Assembly (NCBI GenBank): GCA_964641635.1
Contig: CAZXMD010000001.1
Span: forward strand, 1-43,761
Direction: 5' to 3'
Length of the DNA: 43,761 nucleotides
Source of the DNA: an uncultured Candidatus Finniella sp.
GTDB taxonomy: Bacteria; Pseudomonadota; Alphaproteobacteria; Paracaedibacterales; VGCI01
Positions within the stretch are counted from its first letter, which is position 1; every line of letters begins with the position of its first letter. Both the position numbers and the translations under genes were made by a program. A model generated the notes under the pieces. It worked only from the letters and a program-made list of their open reading frames with translations, was not told the DNA's origin and did no database searches. Positions 9,830 to 18,327 of the stretch are shown one piece after another.

Positions 9830-10669
9830 TTATGCAATGGGAAAAACGCGTTTAACGGTTGCTGCGACCTGCTCATAGGCCGTATTCATCAAGGGGTCGC
9901 CGTGGGCCGTCAAGAGATGACCAAAGGTCATCGTAGTGAGAAGTCTGTGAAAATCCGCAGCACTTGTGTGAGTTGCCCCAAGCCAAATGGGCGTGATGTT
10001 TGCTGGTTTTACAAGCCCTTGACCTTGAAATGATTTGGCCGTTTCAGGACTATAGAACTTATCCGTGGATGTGATGTTTTGAATGCTGTCACAGGAAATC
10101 AGGATGCCTCCTTCACGGTCGATATGCAAAATGCCCTCTGGCAACCTAGATGTTTCAAAAACAAAAAGAGAACAACCCGAGAAGGGCATGGCCCCTTCTG
10201 GTGTTAAGTCTCGATCGGACTTCAAGCCGCTCTCATAGGTCATACCCTTTAACGTCCAAAGCTGAGCGGTTGGGTATTGATTTCGGTAAAAGGCATCATC
10301 CCGACCATGGAATGCCCCAATTCGGACAATATGACTAACGCTTCCTAAGAGTTCTAGTTTTTTAAGACCTTCTTCGTTTAACCTAACGGTATTGACTAAG
10401 GTTAACTCAGAGCCATTGCGAACGATGACCATGTTGCGGCTTGTTTGAATGTCAACACCTTCATGGTGAATCTTGTTGGTTCCTGTTACAAAAAAGACAT
10501 CTGGAAATATTTCACGTATATCATCATGAGGCCAAGCGGGGGTAAATTGAATTGATTGTGAGGAAGAAGCCATAGAACTTGCTCCTGGTTGAGTTGTGTT
10601 TTCACCAAAAGAGGGGAATGTGCAAAAAAATATTACGAGAAGAGGAACAGGGTACTTTAAAAAAAGCAT
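9830..10669 (-). CDS. Secreted hypothetical protein, possibly a degenerate metallo-beta-lactamase fold (DUF4336-like)
   Basis: Signal-like N-terminus MLFLKYPVPLLVIFFCTFPSFG. The central pattern NMVIVRNGSELTLVNTVRLNEEGLKKLELLGSVSHIVRIGAFHGRDDAFY resembles MBL-fold families that lack the HxHxDH motif; this family call is from memory only. Start set at ATG 10669 because the track start 10696 lies 4 nt from the tRNA-Lys 3' end. Confidence 0.6.
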   Translation of the reverse strand: MLFLKYPVPLLVIFFCTFPSFGENTTQPGASSMASSSQSIQFTPAWPHDDIREIFPDVFFVTGTNKIHHEGVDIQTSRNMVIVRNGSELTLVNTVRLNEEGLKKLELLGSVSHIVRIGAFHGRDDAFYRNQYPTAQLWTLKGMTYESGLKSDRDLTPEGAMPFSGCSLFVFETSRLPEGILHIDREGGILISCDSIQNITSTDKFYSPETAKSFQGQGLVKPANITPIWLGATHTSAADFHRLLTTMTFGHLLTAHGDPLMNTAYEQVAATVKRVFPIA

Positions 10670-10699
10670 CAGCGATGTACCTTTATTGATTAGCAATCT

Positions 10700-10775
10700 T
10701 GGTGGGCCCTGAAGGATTCGAACCTTCGACCCCCTGATTAAAAGTCAGATGCTCTACCAACTGAGCTAAGGGCCC
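10700..10775 (-). tRNA. tRNA-Lys (anticodon UUU)
   Basis: The reverse complement reads GGGCCCTTAGCTCAGTTGGTAGAGCATCTGACTTTTAATCAGGGGGTCGAAGGTTCGAATCCTTCAGGGCCCACCA. It has a 7-bp acceptor stem (GGGCCCT/AGGGCCC), the anticodon loop CTTTTAA, the T-arm GGTTCGAATCC and an encoded CCA. 76 nt. Confidence 0.92.
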
Positions 10776-10797
10776 CACGATCGCTACAATAGTCCCT

Positions 10798-10826
10798 TTA
10801 TAAGATGATTATTGCTGTATGGTCAA
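10798..10826 (-). promoter_or_regulatory. Candidate sigma70-type promoter of tRNA-Lys
   Basis: On the minus strand: TTGACC (10826..10821), a 17-nt spacer, then TTATAA (10803..10798). This ends 22 nt upstream of the mature tRNA 5' end. Sequence match only. Confidence 0.4.
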
Positions 10827-10920
10827 TGAAAAAGGCACGCGTCTGAGCGTCAAATTTAGGCGCTTCCCTAAATCCCTTATAAAAAATAAAGAAAACCTCA
10901 TATTCTAGAGTGGCCAAGCC

Positions 10921-11724
10921 TTAGAAAAATTTCAAGACCTCATTGCGAAGAACGACAACCACTTCGATCAGAATAAGCAGGATAATGGTCAATTCGAGGC
11001 GCGAAGAGTGGCGGTGGTTCAGTTCGCTTGACAAAATATCATAAAGTTCGTGGATCACCCCTAAACGTCGGTTGAGAATGTCGAGGCGAGTTGCAATATC
11101 CATATACTCTGAGGCCATCAGATAGTAGGGCTCATAGCGAGGTCTGCGCCAAAAGAATTCCGGTGTATCCAAGATATCACTATGAAGGTTGATGGAGTTC
11201 CGCTCTGCAAACAAGGCGCCAATCTTCTTAGACAGTTTTTTACGCGACATATAGATCTTGCCTTTTCTGGCAAGCTCTTCAGGTAAATGACGGGTTTTTT
11301 CGATGGTGCGACTGACGGAAGCTTCAAAACACTCTAACTTCACAGATTGAGAGAGCCCATGAGATAAGGAAAGCTTAATCAATATATCCTCAGATTCAAG
11401 GATGATTTCATCATCTTCTTCTTTAATTATTGTCGTATCGCCATAATGAAACGTTGATTGATCATGGGTTGGAAACGTTAGGGGGTAAACAACGTAAGGG
11501 CGCAACTCTGATAAGATTTGATGTTCTTCTTCCTCTTCTAACCCCCAAAAAATGGCGCATCCATAAGGAAAAAAGAAAGCATCACCACTGGAGCCGTCTT
11601 CATTTTCTTTACGGACATGGATCACATTGTCGTAGAATTTCGGCTCCCGCCCTATTTCCCGCAGGAACTTAGCCATTTCGTCGATATCATAGATATCACC
11701 GACACAATAATAAGAACATCTCAT
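10921..11724 (-). CDS. RMD1/RMND1-family protein (DUF155, YagE-type)
   Basis: 267 aa. It starts with the family-typical C-x-Y-x-x-x-x-x-Y-D-(I/L) region (MRCSYYCVGDIYDIDEMAKFL), has FFFPYGCAIFWGL, and ends in one C-terminal TM helix (LELTIILLILIEVVVVL). Recognised from memory of COG1723/DUF155. Confidence 0.7.
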   Translation of the reverse strand: MRCSYYCVGDIYDIDEMAKFLREIGREPKFYDNVIHVRKENEDGSSGDAFFFPYGCAIFWGLEEEEEHQILSELRPYVVYPLTFPTHDQSTFHYGDTTIIKEEDDEIILESEDILIKLSLSHGLSQSVKLECFEASVSRTIEKTRHLPEELARKGKIYMSRKKLSKKIGALFAERNSINLHSDILDTPEFFWRRPRYEPYYLMASEYMDIATRLDILNRRLGVIHELYDILSSELNHRHSSRLELTIILLILIEVVVVLRNEVLKFF

Positions 11725-11822
11725 AAATCACCCAGCATTATTAATCCTGCTAAGAATTATGGCCGAAAAGCCTATCCCAGCACAAGCCCTCTTCGTTACT
11801 TCGGGTCGTATTATGGCTACAA

Positions 11823-12797
11823 TTAGATGTTGGAAATGGATAAACCTAGTTTCAATCGGCGTTTTTCGAGAACCCACAACACCAGGCCAGGCACTCCACT
11901 TACCAGATGGAGTATCCCATAAACCAATGACAAGGCAAGGGCTGTTTCCTGAGTTACCCCATAAACACCGAGCGCAATGATCATCGCCCCCTCGCGCAAT
12001 CCCCATCCTGCAAAAGAAATTGGCAAGGAGGTCAACAGCAGCACTACAGGTAAAATCACCACGCCCTGCCCCCAGGTTAGAGGAACATCAAAGGCCATTA
12101 TCAAAACCTGAAGTCCGGAAATAAGCAAAATACTGCTGATCAGGGAATTCAGAAGAATAGATAGAAACAGGGCTTTGTGGCACAAAGCACGCCGGGTCAT
12201 CTCAATGAGAGGAGAAAAAGGCCGGATAAAAATAAAGTGATGCCAAGTCCGCGGAACAAAAAGAAGCAACAATCCTCCTCCCAAAACAGCTAACAGAAGG
12301 AACATTGTCGCCAAAAAGGGCCACTTGAGGTCTGAGCCTAGTAAAGTTTTTCCTTCCGCCGGCACAACCAAAACACACAAGATTCCCAAAGATATAAAAC
12401 CAAACAGACGGTCCATAAACACACCCGTAAGCGCTTCATTTAATGAGGCGCCATGGCGGCGTACCGCTAAAATCCGGAAAAAATCTCCCCCGACGGAGCT
12501 TGGCAAAAACTGGTTAAAAAAGGCGCCAATAAAGGTAGCGCCAGTTAGATTGGGTAACGGAACATCAATGTCACCCAACCGGACAACCAGTTGCCACCGT
12601 TTCGCAACCGCAAAAAGGGTTATCCAAATAAGCCCCAAAACAAGCGCTAAGGCGCCCCCATGAAGGTGTTGGATAACCCCCCATACTTTCGCAATATCAA
12701 TCCTGTTCAACAACCAGAAAATGAGACCACCAGACACAAATACCTTGAGGAAGACGCCCCATGGCATTGAAAAGGAAGATGTGGATACTTTGACCAT
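11823..12797 (-). CDS. UPF0104 / lysylphosphatidylglycerol-synthase-TM-like (flippase-like) membrane protein
   Basis: 324 aa, about 8 TM. The N-terminal LKVFVSGGLIFWLLNRIDIAKVW...RWQLVV...FIGAFFNQFLPSSVGGDFFRI pattern is typical of PF03706-type proteins. Confidence 0.7.
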   Translation of the reverse strand: MVKVSTSSFSMPWGVFLKVFVSGGLIFWLLNRIDIAKVWGVIQHLHGGALALVLGLIWITLFAVAKRWQLVVRLGDIDVPLPNLTGATFIGAFFNQFLPSSVGGDFFRILAVRRHGASLNEALTGVFMDRLFGFISLGILCVLVVPAEGKTLLGSDLKWPFLATMFLLLAVLGGGLLLLFVPRTWHHFIFIRPFSPLIEMTRRALCHKALFLSILLNSLISSILLISGLQVLIMAFDVPLTWGQGVVILPVVLLLTSLPISFAGWGLREGAMIIALGVYGVTQETALALSLVYGILHLVSGVPGLVLWVLEKRRLKLGLSISNI

Positions 12798-12830
12798 ATT
12801 ATTAATGCCCTTGGATTTATATTGCTTAAC

Positions 12831-13277
12831 TCATATCCCATTCACCGTTAAAAAACAACGAATTAAGAGGACAGCACCCAGTCCGAGTAGAAGGGCAGGC
12901 GTCATGGGAAATGTCGTAAGTCGCCACTGGTACCGCCAAAAAAGGCCTATCAACAAGGCAAAAACGCCTGTAGAAACGAGATACAGGGGAACCTCATGAA
13001 ATTGAAGCCACAAGCCGCAAAACGGACTTAGTACAATGTCCCCCCACCCCATAATAGGATTACGTTTCAAGAGGTAATAGACACTTTGGAAAACCATGAA
13101 GAGGAGGGCCAGGCTCCCTGCGACCCAAAAGCCTTCCGCATGAGGATCTAACATAGAATAATAAAGGGATGCCCCTGCAAAAACAATCCATCCATAAAGG
13201 GGGATCGTCTGCTTTTGCACATCCTGAACCATCATGAAGAGCGCGCTGCCCCCTAAAAGGATATAAAGTAGAATCAT
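12831..13277 (-). CDS. A24-family (prepilin-type) aspartic peptidase-like membrane protein
   Basis: 148 aa polytopic. First Asp context VQDVQKQTIPL, second Asp in MGWGDIVL (GxGD-like), and a C-terminal FPMTPALLLG resembling the (I)PFGPxL..G ending. No pilus genes nearby. Confidence 0.55.
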   Translation of the reverse strand: MILLYILLGGSALFMMVQDVQKQTIPLYGWIVFAGASLYYSMLDPHAEGFWVAGSLALLFMVFQSVYYLLKRNPIMGWGDIVLSPFCGLWLQFHEVPLYLVSTGVFALLIGLFWRYQWRLTTFPMTPALLLGLGAVLLIRCFLTVNGI

Positions 13278-13292
13278 ATTTCAACCCCCTGC

Positions 13293-14285
13293 CTACCCCA
13301 CAAATGCAATCTCACCGACGATTTGTTTGCTCCAGGTCTTTACTTGAGGATTTGCCCAATGGGCCCAGTGGGGGTTTTCCGTCAACAGATTATGTTTTTT
13401 CAAAATTCCCATGATGGCAACTTCAGCGACTTGTAAATGGCCATCATCAATTTTAAGGGCAATGCCCCATCCTTTTTTAGGCAAAATAACAGAAAAAACA
13501 CCATCGGCACCCATCTTTCCTAATAGATTGCCACCAGATTCTTGAGTAATCACAGTACAAAAACGACCGGTTCCGGCAATAAGCTCAGGGTGCTTCTGAA
13601 TGGCCGCCACTGCTTTTTCGGCCCCCTCACGCAGCACAGGGCTTAAAACTTCCGGACGCGCCATCTTTGCCATTCCTTTGGCCAGATTTTTCAGAGGCAT
13701 GCCAATGACCGGAACCTGACATCCATCAATACCTTTGGGAGCAACCGCCACATCAATCTCTATCATTTCTTCAATCATACCATTCACATAGTGCTGGACC
13801 GGATGGTCAAAATGGGTATACCCCGCAACAGGTTCTTTTAAGTGCAAGGCCAACGTCACAAACCCTGCATGCTTGCCAGAACAGGCATTGTGAGCAAGAG
13901 TAAGGACACGTCGCTCAAGGGCAAAAGCAAGGGCCATTTCTTTGCTCATAGAGGCGTGAATTCCACACTCCAGAACGTCACAAGAAAGCCCCAATCGCCC
14001 CAGCCATTGGGTGACAATATTAACGTGGTGGTCCTCCCCATTGTGAGAAGCACAAGCCATAGCAATTTCCGGCAATGTCACCTGAAATGCTTCAGCAGCG
14101 CCGGATGTGAGCATTCCAAGAGCCTGAATGGGCTTTAATGCAGAGCGTGGATAAATTTGCCGGTCTATATCACCAGCGGCATCAATAACCTGGCCATTAG
14201 CATCCATAATAACATAGGCGCCACGGAAAAAACTTTCCACCATGTCTCCCCGGACAATTTGAACCAAAATGGGATTGCTTTGCAT
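13293..14285 (-). CDS. Asparaginase II family protein (Rhizobium AnsA-type)
   Basis: 330 aa. VESFFRGAYVIMDANG...IYPRSALKPIQAL...MACASHNGEDHH...ACSGKHAGF...DGC are hallmarks of the PF06089 family as I recall it. Confidence 0.8.
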   Translation of the reverse strand: MQSNPILVQIVRGDMVESFFRGAYVIMDANGQVIDAAGDIDRQIYPRSALKPIQALGMLTSGAAEAFQVTLPEIAMACASHNGEDHHVNIVTQWLGRLGLSCDVLECGIHASMSKEMALAFALERRVLTLAHNACSGKHAGFVTLALHLKEPVAGYTHFDHPVQHYVNGMIEEMIEIDVAVAPKGIDGCQVPVIGMPLKNLAKGMAKMARPEVLSPVLREGAEKAVAAIQKHPELIAGTGRFCTVITQESGGNLLGKMGADGVFSVILPKKGWGIALKIDDGHLQVAEVAIMGILKKHNLLTENPHWAHWANPQVKTWSKQIVGEIAFVG

Positions 14286-14460
14286 CTCAATAAACCTTTT
14301 TTAAGAACTATGATAATTTTGTGTTATTTTATAAAATCGATCGGCTTATTTTAGTGTACCGTCCTTAAGGAACAAAAAGATACTTTCAACAATAATGCCT
14401 CAAATAAGTTGATACAATATCGTCTCATTGACAAAACGTCAAAGGAAACCTATCTTGTAG

Positions 14461-14885
14461 AGCACCAGATGGCTGGATGACTGCTGATTTTGCGGGTAAC
14501 CGCAAGATTGGAGGAAAGTCCGGGCTCCACACAAAACAGGGTGGCGGATAACGTCCGCCGGGGCCAGTTGACAAAGGCTGGCTTTAGGGAAAGTGCCACA
14601 GAAATTATACCGCCTTTGGGGAAACCTGAAGGTAAGGGTGAAATGGGGCGGTAAGAGCGCACCGCGCCTCCGGTAACGGAGGTGGCAGGGTAAACCCCAC
14701 CCGGAGCAAGATCGAATAGGGATGAGCGGGAGGGCAACCTCTCAAATGTGTTTGTGCATGTCATCCGGGTTGATCGCTAGAGGCGGCTGGCAACAGACGT
14801 CCCAGATGAATAGTCATCCAGTAAGGCAGGATGTAAAAGTCCCAAGCCTTATGGACAAAACCCGGCTTATAGGCCACCTGGTGTT
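14461..14885 (+). ncRNA. rnpB: RNase P RNA, bacterial type A
   Basis: Conserved blocks in E. coli M1 RNA order: GGAGGAAAGTCCGGGCTCC (14510..14528), GGTAAGGGTGAAA, GGTAAGAGCGCACC, CCACCCGGAGCAAG, CCCAGATGAATAGTCATCC and ACAAAACCCGGCTTATAGGCC. Terminal P1 pairing CACCAG (14464..14469) with CTGGTG (14878..14883). The ends are approximate. Confidence 0.9.
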
Positions 14886-15297
14886 TTATTAAACAGTAGC
14901 AATCCACAAATCTGCCCCATAAAATGAAAGAAAAGGATCTAACGCCCTAGCTGGGGGAGCTTCTGGTAAAAGAAAAATATCAGCGCCACGGGATTGGAGG
15001 CTCTCTTCATGATTGAGCCCTTACCCACATCAAATTCCTTAATTATAAAAAACTTCATCTGTTGGTTTTTGACCCAGACCATTGCAAATGGTATCGCAAG
15101 AAAGAATGGACAGTTATTAAGCCAGATGAGACAAGAGGCCATGCCTTGATTGTTATGACCTTGTCGCTCCTTATTTTTTAAGTTATGGAAAAAATCATTT
15201 CTTAGAGTTTATTCGCAGCTGTAATTGAGAAGTGAATACACTCATTGATAATATTGAGAGCCCCAAGGATAAAAAGCGATGGGGGGAGGAAGGAACC

Positions 15298-15981
15298 TTA
15301 TCCCCCTTCACCCTCTTCTTCCATAAGAAGGTTTTCGCCTTGATTAATAGAATCCGTCACGTCAGAAGAGATATGCGGGTTCAATTGGGATAACACAGGC
15401 GGAGTGTCAGAATCTGCACCTTCCGCTTCGTCAGTTTCTTCTGATGGCTTCTTCAAGGGATCTGGGCATTTTTTTCTTGTTCCAGAAGGGCAAATCAGGT
15501 GACAGTTATTCGCCACTTCTTCATCCTTACATTGACTTGCGGTACAGGCTATTTTGCAAAATTTTGTGAGCTTCTCCAAGGAAGTTTTAATTTTCGTATG
15601 GTGCAAATGAAACCACATCTTGTGGAAATCCTCTGCTTTGCTAAAACCCTCCATTAATTTTTCTCTTTTCTTATCCCTCTTTTTATTTTTTCTGCCCTTT
15701 TTTGCATTCTTCTTTAATTTATTTTCTGACTTCGGAGTTTCCTCAGCTTCTACCGCAGGAACTGTGTCCATCTCTTCAACAGCCTCACCTCCAGCCTCTT
15801 CATTTCCTTCATCCATGGAGATGGCGTCGCCCTCATCCAATTCCGCCATAATGGCGCTACCCTGGAGTTGTGCCGATGGCTTCTTTGCTCTTTGGGCTGC
15901 CTCAGCAATGCTTATACACAGGATCATCATGGCTGACAGAGCAACCAGCAAATGGCTCAGACGTATTTTCCAGGGCTGCAT
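15298..15981 (-). CDS. Secreted hypothetical protein with acidic block, Lys/Arg block and 6-Cys module
   Basis: From ATG 15981: MQPWKIRLSHLLVALSAMMILCISIAEA (signal-like). Then an acidic run (DEGDAISMDEGNEEAGGEAVEEMD), a basic run (KLKKNAKKGRKNKKRDKKREK), the module C-x3-C-x4-C-x8-C-x3-C-x7-C, and an acidic tail. The track start 16011 adds 10 aa. Confidence 0.65.
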   Translation of the reverse strand: MQPWKIRLSHLLVALSAMMILCISIAEAAQRAKKPSAQLQGSAIMAELDEGDAISMDEGNEEAGGEAVEEMDTVPAVEAEETPKSENKLKKNAKKGRKNKKRDKKREKLMEGFSKAEDFHKMWFHLHHTKIKTSLEKLTKFCKIACTASQCKDEEVANNCHLICPSGTRKKCPDPLKKPSEETDEAEGADSDTPPVLSQLNPHISSDVTDSINQGENLLMEEEGEGG

Positions 15982-16140
15982 CCTTGAAGTCCCATTCACT
16001 GATAATAACATTTCATTTACCTTAACCTTAACGGAAATGATTTCTTTTCAAAAGACTATTTTAAAGGTGATCTTAACCTCACTTGCAGCCCCCAACGGCT
16101 TTCAGTATATTGAAAATTATAAAAACATAGGCAATAAACA

Positions 16141-17088
16141 ATGAATTCATCCCACCCCTCTCCTCTTCGAATCGGCACGCGCGGCAGTGTTCTAGCTCTT
16201 ACGCAAGCCATGTTGACCTTAAGCCTGCTGAAAAATGCCTTTCCAGATGATCCGGCTGTTCAACATGCCTCCCTCGTTACCATCACTACAACAGGAGACC
16301 GCATTACAGACCGCCCCCTTTCTGAAATTGGCGGGAAAGGGTTATTCGCTAAAGAAATAGAACAGGCCCTTCATGCCTATGAAATTGACCTTGCCGTTCA
16401 TTGTGTAAAAGATATGGAGACCATTCTGCCTCCCGGATTGATGCTCGCTGCAATCCTCAAAAGGGAAGATGCCCGGGATGTATTACTAAGCGCCAAATCG
16501 CATGACCTGAAAACGCTTCCCCCCAAGAGTGTTGTTGGCACCTGTGCGCCACGGCGAGTTGCACAAATTTTGCATCATCGGCCAGACCTCATTTGCGTAC
16601 CCTTGCGGGGAAATGTGGATAGCCGGATCCGGAAGCTTCACGAAGGCCAGATGGATGCCATTATCCTTGCCCTAGCTGGATTGCGGCGCTTAGGGCGCCA
16701 AGATGAAGCCACTTATATCTTTCCTGAATCTGAGATGCTGCCAGCCGTTGGGCAAGGAGCCCTCGCCCTTGAGTGCCGCAAGGATGATGGCCGTGTTCAA
16801 TCTTACTTAACCATCTTAAACCATCCGGAAACGGAACGTTGCATAACGGCAGAGCGCGCGCTACTCGCAGAGCTTGATGGAAGCTGCCAAACACCCATAG
16901 GGGGCCATGCTTCCGTTTTAGAGGATGGCCGCTTACGCTTAAAAGCCCTTATTGCATCACCAACGGGAACATCTCTTCATCGAACAACCCAAACAGGGGA
17001 TGATCCGACAGAATTGGGGCGCTCAACAGCCAAAATCCTCAAGAACCTTGCGGGGCCTGACTTCTGGAATCTGCCATGCGTGTCCTGA
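16141..17088 (+). CDS. hemC: Hydroxymethylbilane synthase (porphobilinogen deaminase)
   Basis: LRIGTRGSVLALTQA, TTGDRI, GGKGLFAKEIE, HCVKDM, RGNVDSRIRKL, LALAGLRRLG and the dipyrromethane Cys context LDGSCQTPIGG. Confidence 0.95.
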   Translation: MNSSHPSPLRIGTRGSVLALTQAMLTLSLLKNAFPDDPAVQHASLVTITTTGDRITDRPLSEIGGKGLFAKEIEQALHAYEIDLAVHCVKDMETILPPGLMLAAILKREDARDVLLSAKSHDLKTLPPKSVVGTCAPRRVAQILHHRPDLICVPLRGNVDSRIRKLHEGQMDAIILALAGLRRLGRQDEATYIFPESEMLPAVGQGALALECRKDDGRVQSYLTILNHPETERCITAERALLAELDGSCQTPIGGHASVLEDGRLRLKALIASPTGTSLHRTTQTGDDPTELGRSTAKILKNLAGPDFWNLPCVS

Positions 17089-17789
17089 TCACAAGACCCC
17101 GGGAAAGCGCCGCTGCCCTCGTCGACGACCTTAAAAATCTTGGACATCAAATAATGATTGATCCTCTCATTGAAATAATTCCTTTGACCCCCGATCTCCC
17201 CCCACTATCTTCTTTTGAAGCCGTTGTCACAACATCGCAACAAGCTATCCGGTGTCTGTCATCTCTCACCCCTTTACGAGATTTCCCCTTATGGTGTGTG
17301 GGAAGCGGGTCTGGGAAAGTAGCCCAAAATCTTGGGTTCCAAACCATTCATATGGCGGAAGGATCCGCTGAGGATTTAATAATAAGATTAATGGAAAACA
17401 TTGATCCCTCCTGTAAAAAAACAGTTCTTCATGCATCCGGAGATGTTATCCGAGTTGATATGGTTGAGGCTTTGTCAAAAAGGGGAATTTCTGCCAAGCG
17501 GGTTGTCCTTTATAAAACTGCAGAAGCCTCTGCCTTCACACAGGAAACCTTTCAGGCTATAAAGCTCCATACCCTAGATGCAGCCCTGTTTTATTCTCCA
17601 AGAACAGGCCGTGTTTTCCAAAATCTGTGCCGCCTTTCCAAACTGGAAGACCATTGCAAAACACTCACAGCCATATGCCTAAGCAATTCAATAAAAACAG
17701 CAATTCATGATTTACCCTGGAAAAAAATTCGAGTAGCAAAAAAAACAACAACAGACGATTTACTAATAGCCCTGATGGTGGCAGAATGA
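17076..17789 (+). CDS. hemD: Uroporphyrinogen-III synthase
   Basis: MRVLITRPRESAAAL... is the typical HemD start. 237 aa, overlapping the hemC end by 13 nt. The family is weakly conserved, so position in the hemC-D-X-Y cluster supports the call. Confidence 0.8.
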   Translation: MRVLITRPRESAAALVDDLKNLGHQIMIDPLIEIIPLTPDLPPLSSFEAVVTTSQQAIRCLSSLTPLRDFPLWCVGSGSGKVAQNLGFQTIHMAEGSAEDLIIRLMENIDPSCKKTVLHASGDVIRVDMVEALSKRGISAKRVVLYKTAEASAFTQETFQAIKLHTLDAALFYSPRTGRVFQNLCRLSKLEDHCKTLTAICLSNSIKTAIHDLPWKKIRVAKKTTTDDLLIALMVAE

Positions 17790-17820
17790 CCTTGTTTTTA
17801 GGGTAATCCAGGAGGCTTTA

Positions 17821-18246
17821 ATGTCAAACAAACCAGTCCCCTCGTCCTCGCAAAAAGACCCGTCGCCTTCGAAGCCGTCGAAATTCTGCTGGGCCCAGTG
17901 TAGAAACGCGCTTATCTTTTGCCTGGTTTTGGGAATCCTCGCCACATCCCTCCTTCTCTATTACCGCCCTTGGCAAATTCATACCCTTTATACCGGGGAG
18001 ATTAATGCTTTAAAAAAGCTAACTACCGCCCTTGATGACCGTATTAACCATCTCGAATCATCTGGAAAAACTGATAAAACGGCATTGACATCACCCGATT
18101 CTGAACAGATCCATGCTTTTGAAAACCGCATCATCACCCTTCAACAGCAAGTTGAAGCACTCCAAAATCAGCCAAAGGCAAGTGAAGCTTCCGGACAATT
18201 AGAACAATCCCAAGCCTTTGAGAAAAACTTTAATCAACTTGCTTAA
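17821..18246 (+). CDS. HemX-slot / alpha-Mic60-like protein, N-terminal part (TM + coiled coil), ends at in-frame TAA
   Basis: AGGAGG upstream. One TM helix (ALIFCLVLGILATSLLLYY), then a heptad-like region (INALKKLTTALDDRINHLE...IITLQQQVEALQNQ). Lies between hemD and hemY-like. See the finding on the split gene. Confidence 0.65.
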   Translation: MSNKPVPSSSQKDPSPSKPSKFCWAQCRNALIFCLVLGILATSLLLYYRPWQIHTLYTGEINALKKLTTALDDRINHLESSGKTDKTALTSPDSEQIHAFENRIITLQQQVEALQNQPKASEASGQLEQSQAFEKNFNQLA

Positions 18247-18327
18247 ACACAAAAAATAATAAAAACGACACTCATTTTCTGGCGTTTAAAGAACAAAGCA
18301 CTTTCCAATGCTCCTTACGCATCCGAA

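Noticed and set aside
14450-14764. 104-aa minus-strand ORF
   Set aside because: It lies entirely inside the RNase P RNA gene on the opposite strand. The conserved rnpB blocks explain the sequence.
14939-15142. 67-aa minus-strand ORF downstream of rnpB
   Set aside because: It has no recognisable motif or RBS, and it is hydrophobic and irregular. It is possibly real but unsupported.
15620-16144. 174-aa plus-strand ORF rich in F/L/S
   Set aside because: It is the antisense reading of the Lys/Glu-rich low-complexity region of the minus-strand secreted protein. The minus-strand frame has a signal peptide and the conserved Cys spacing.
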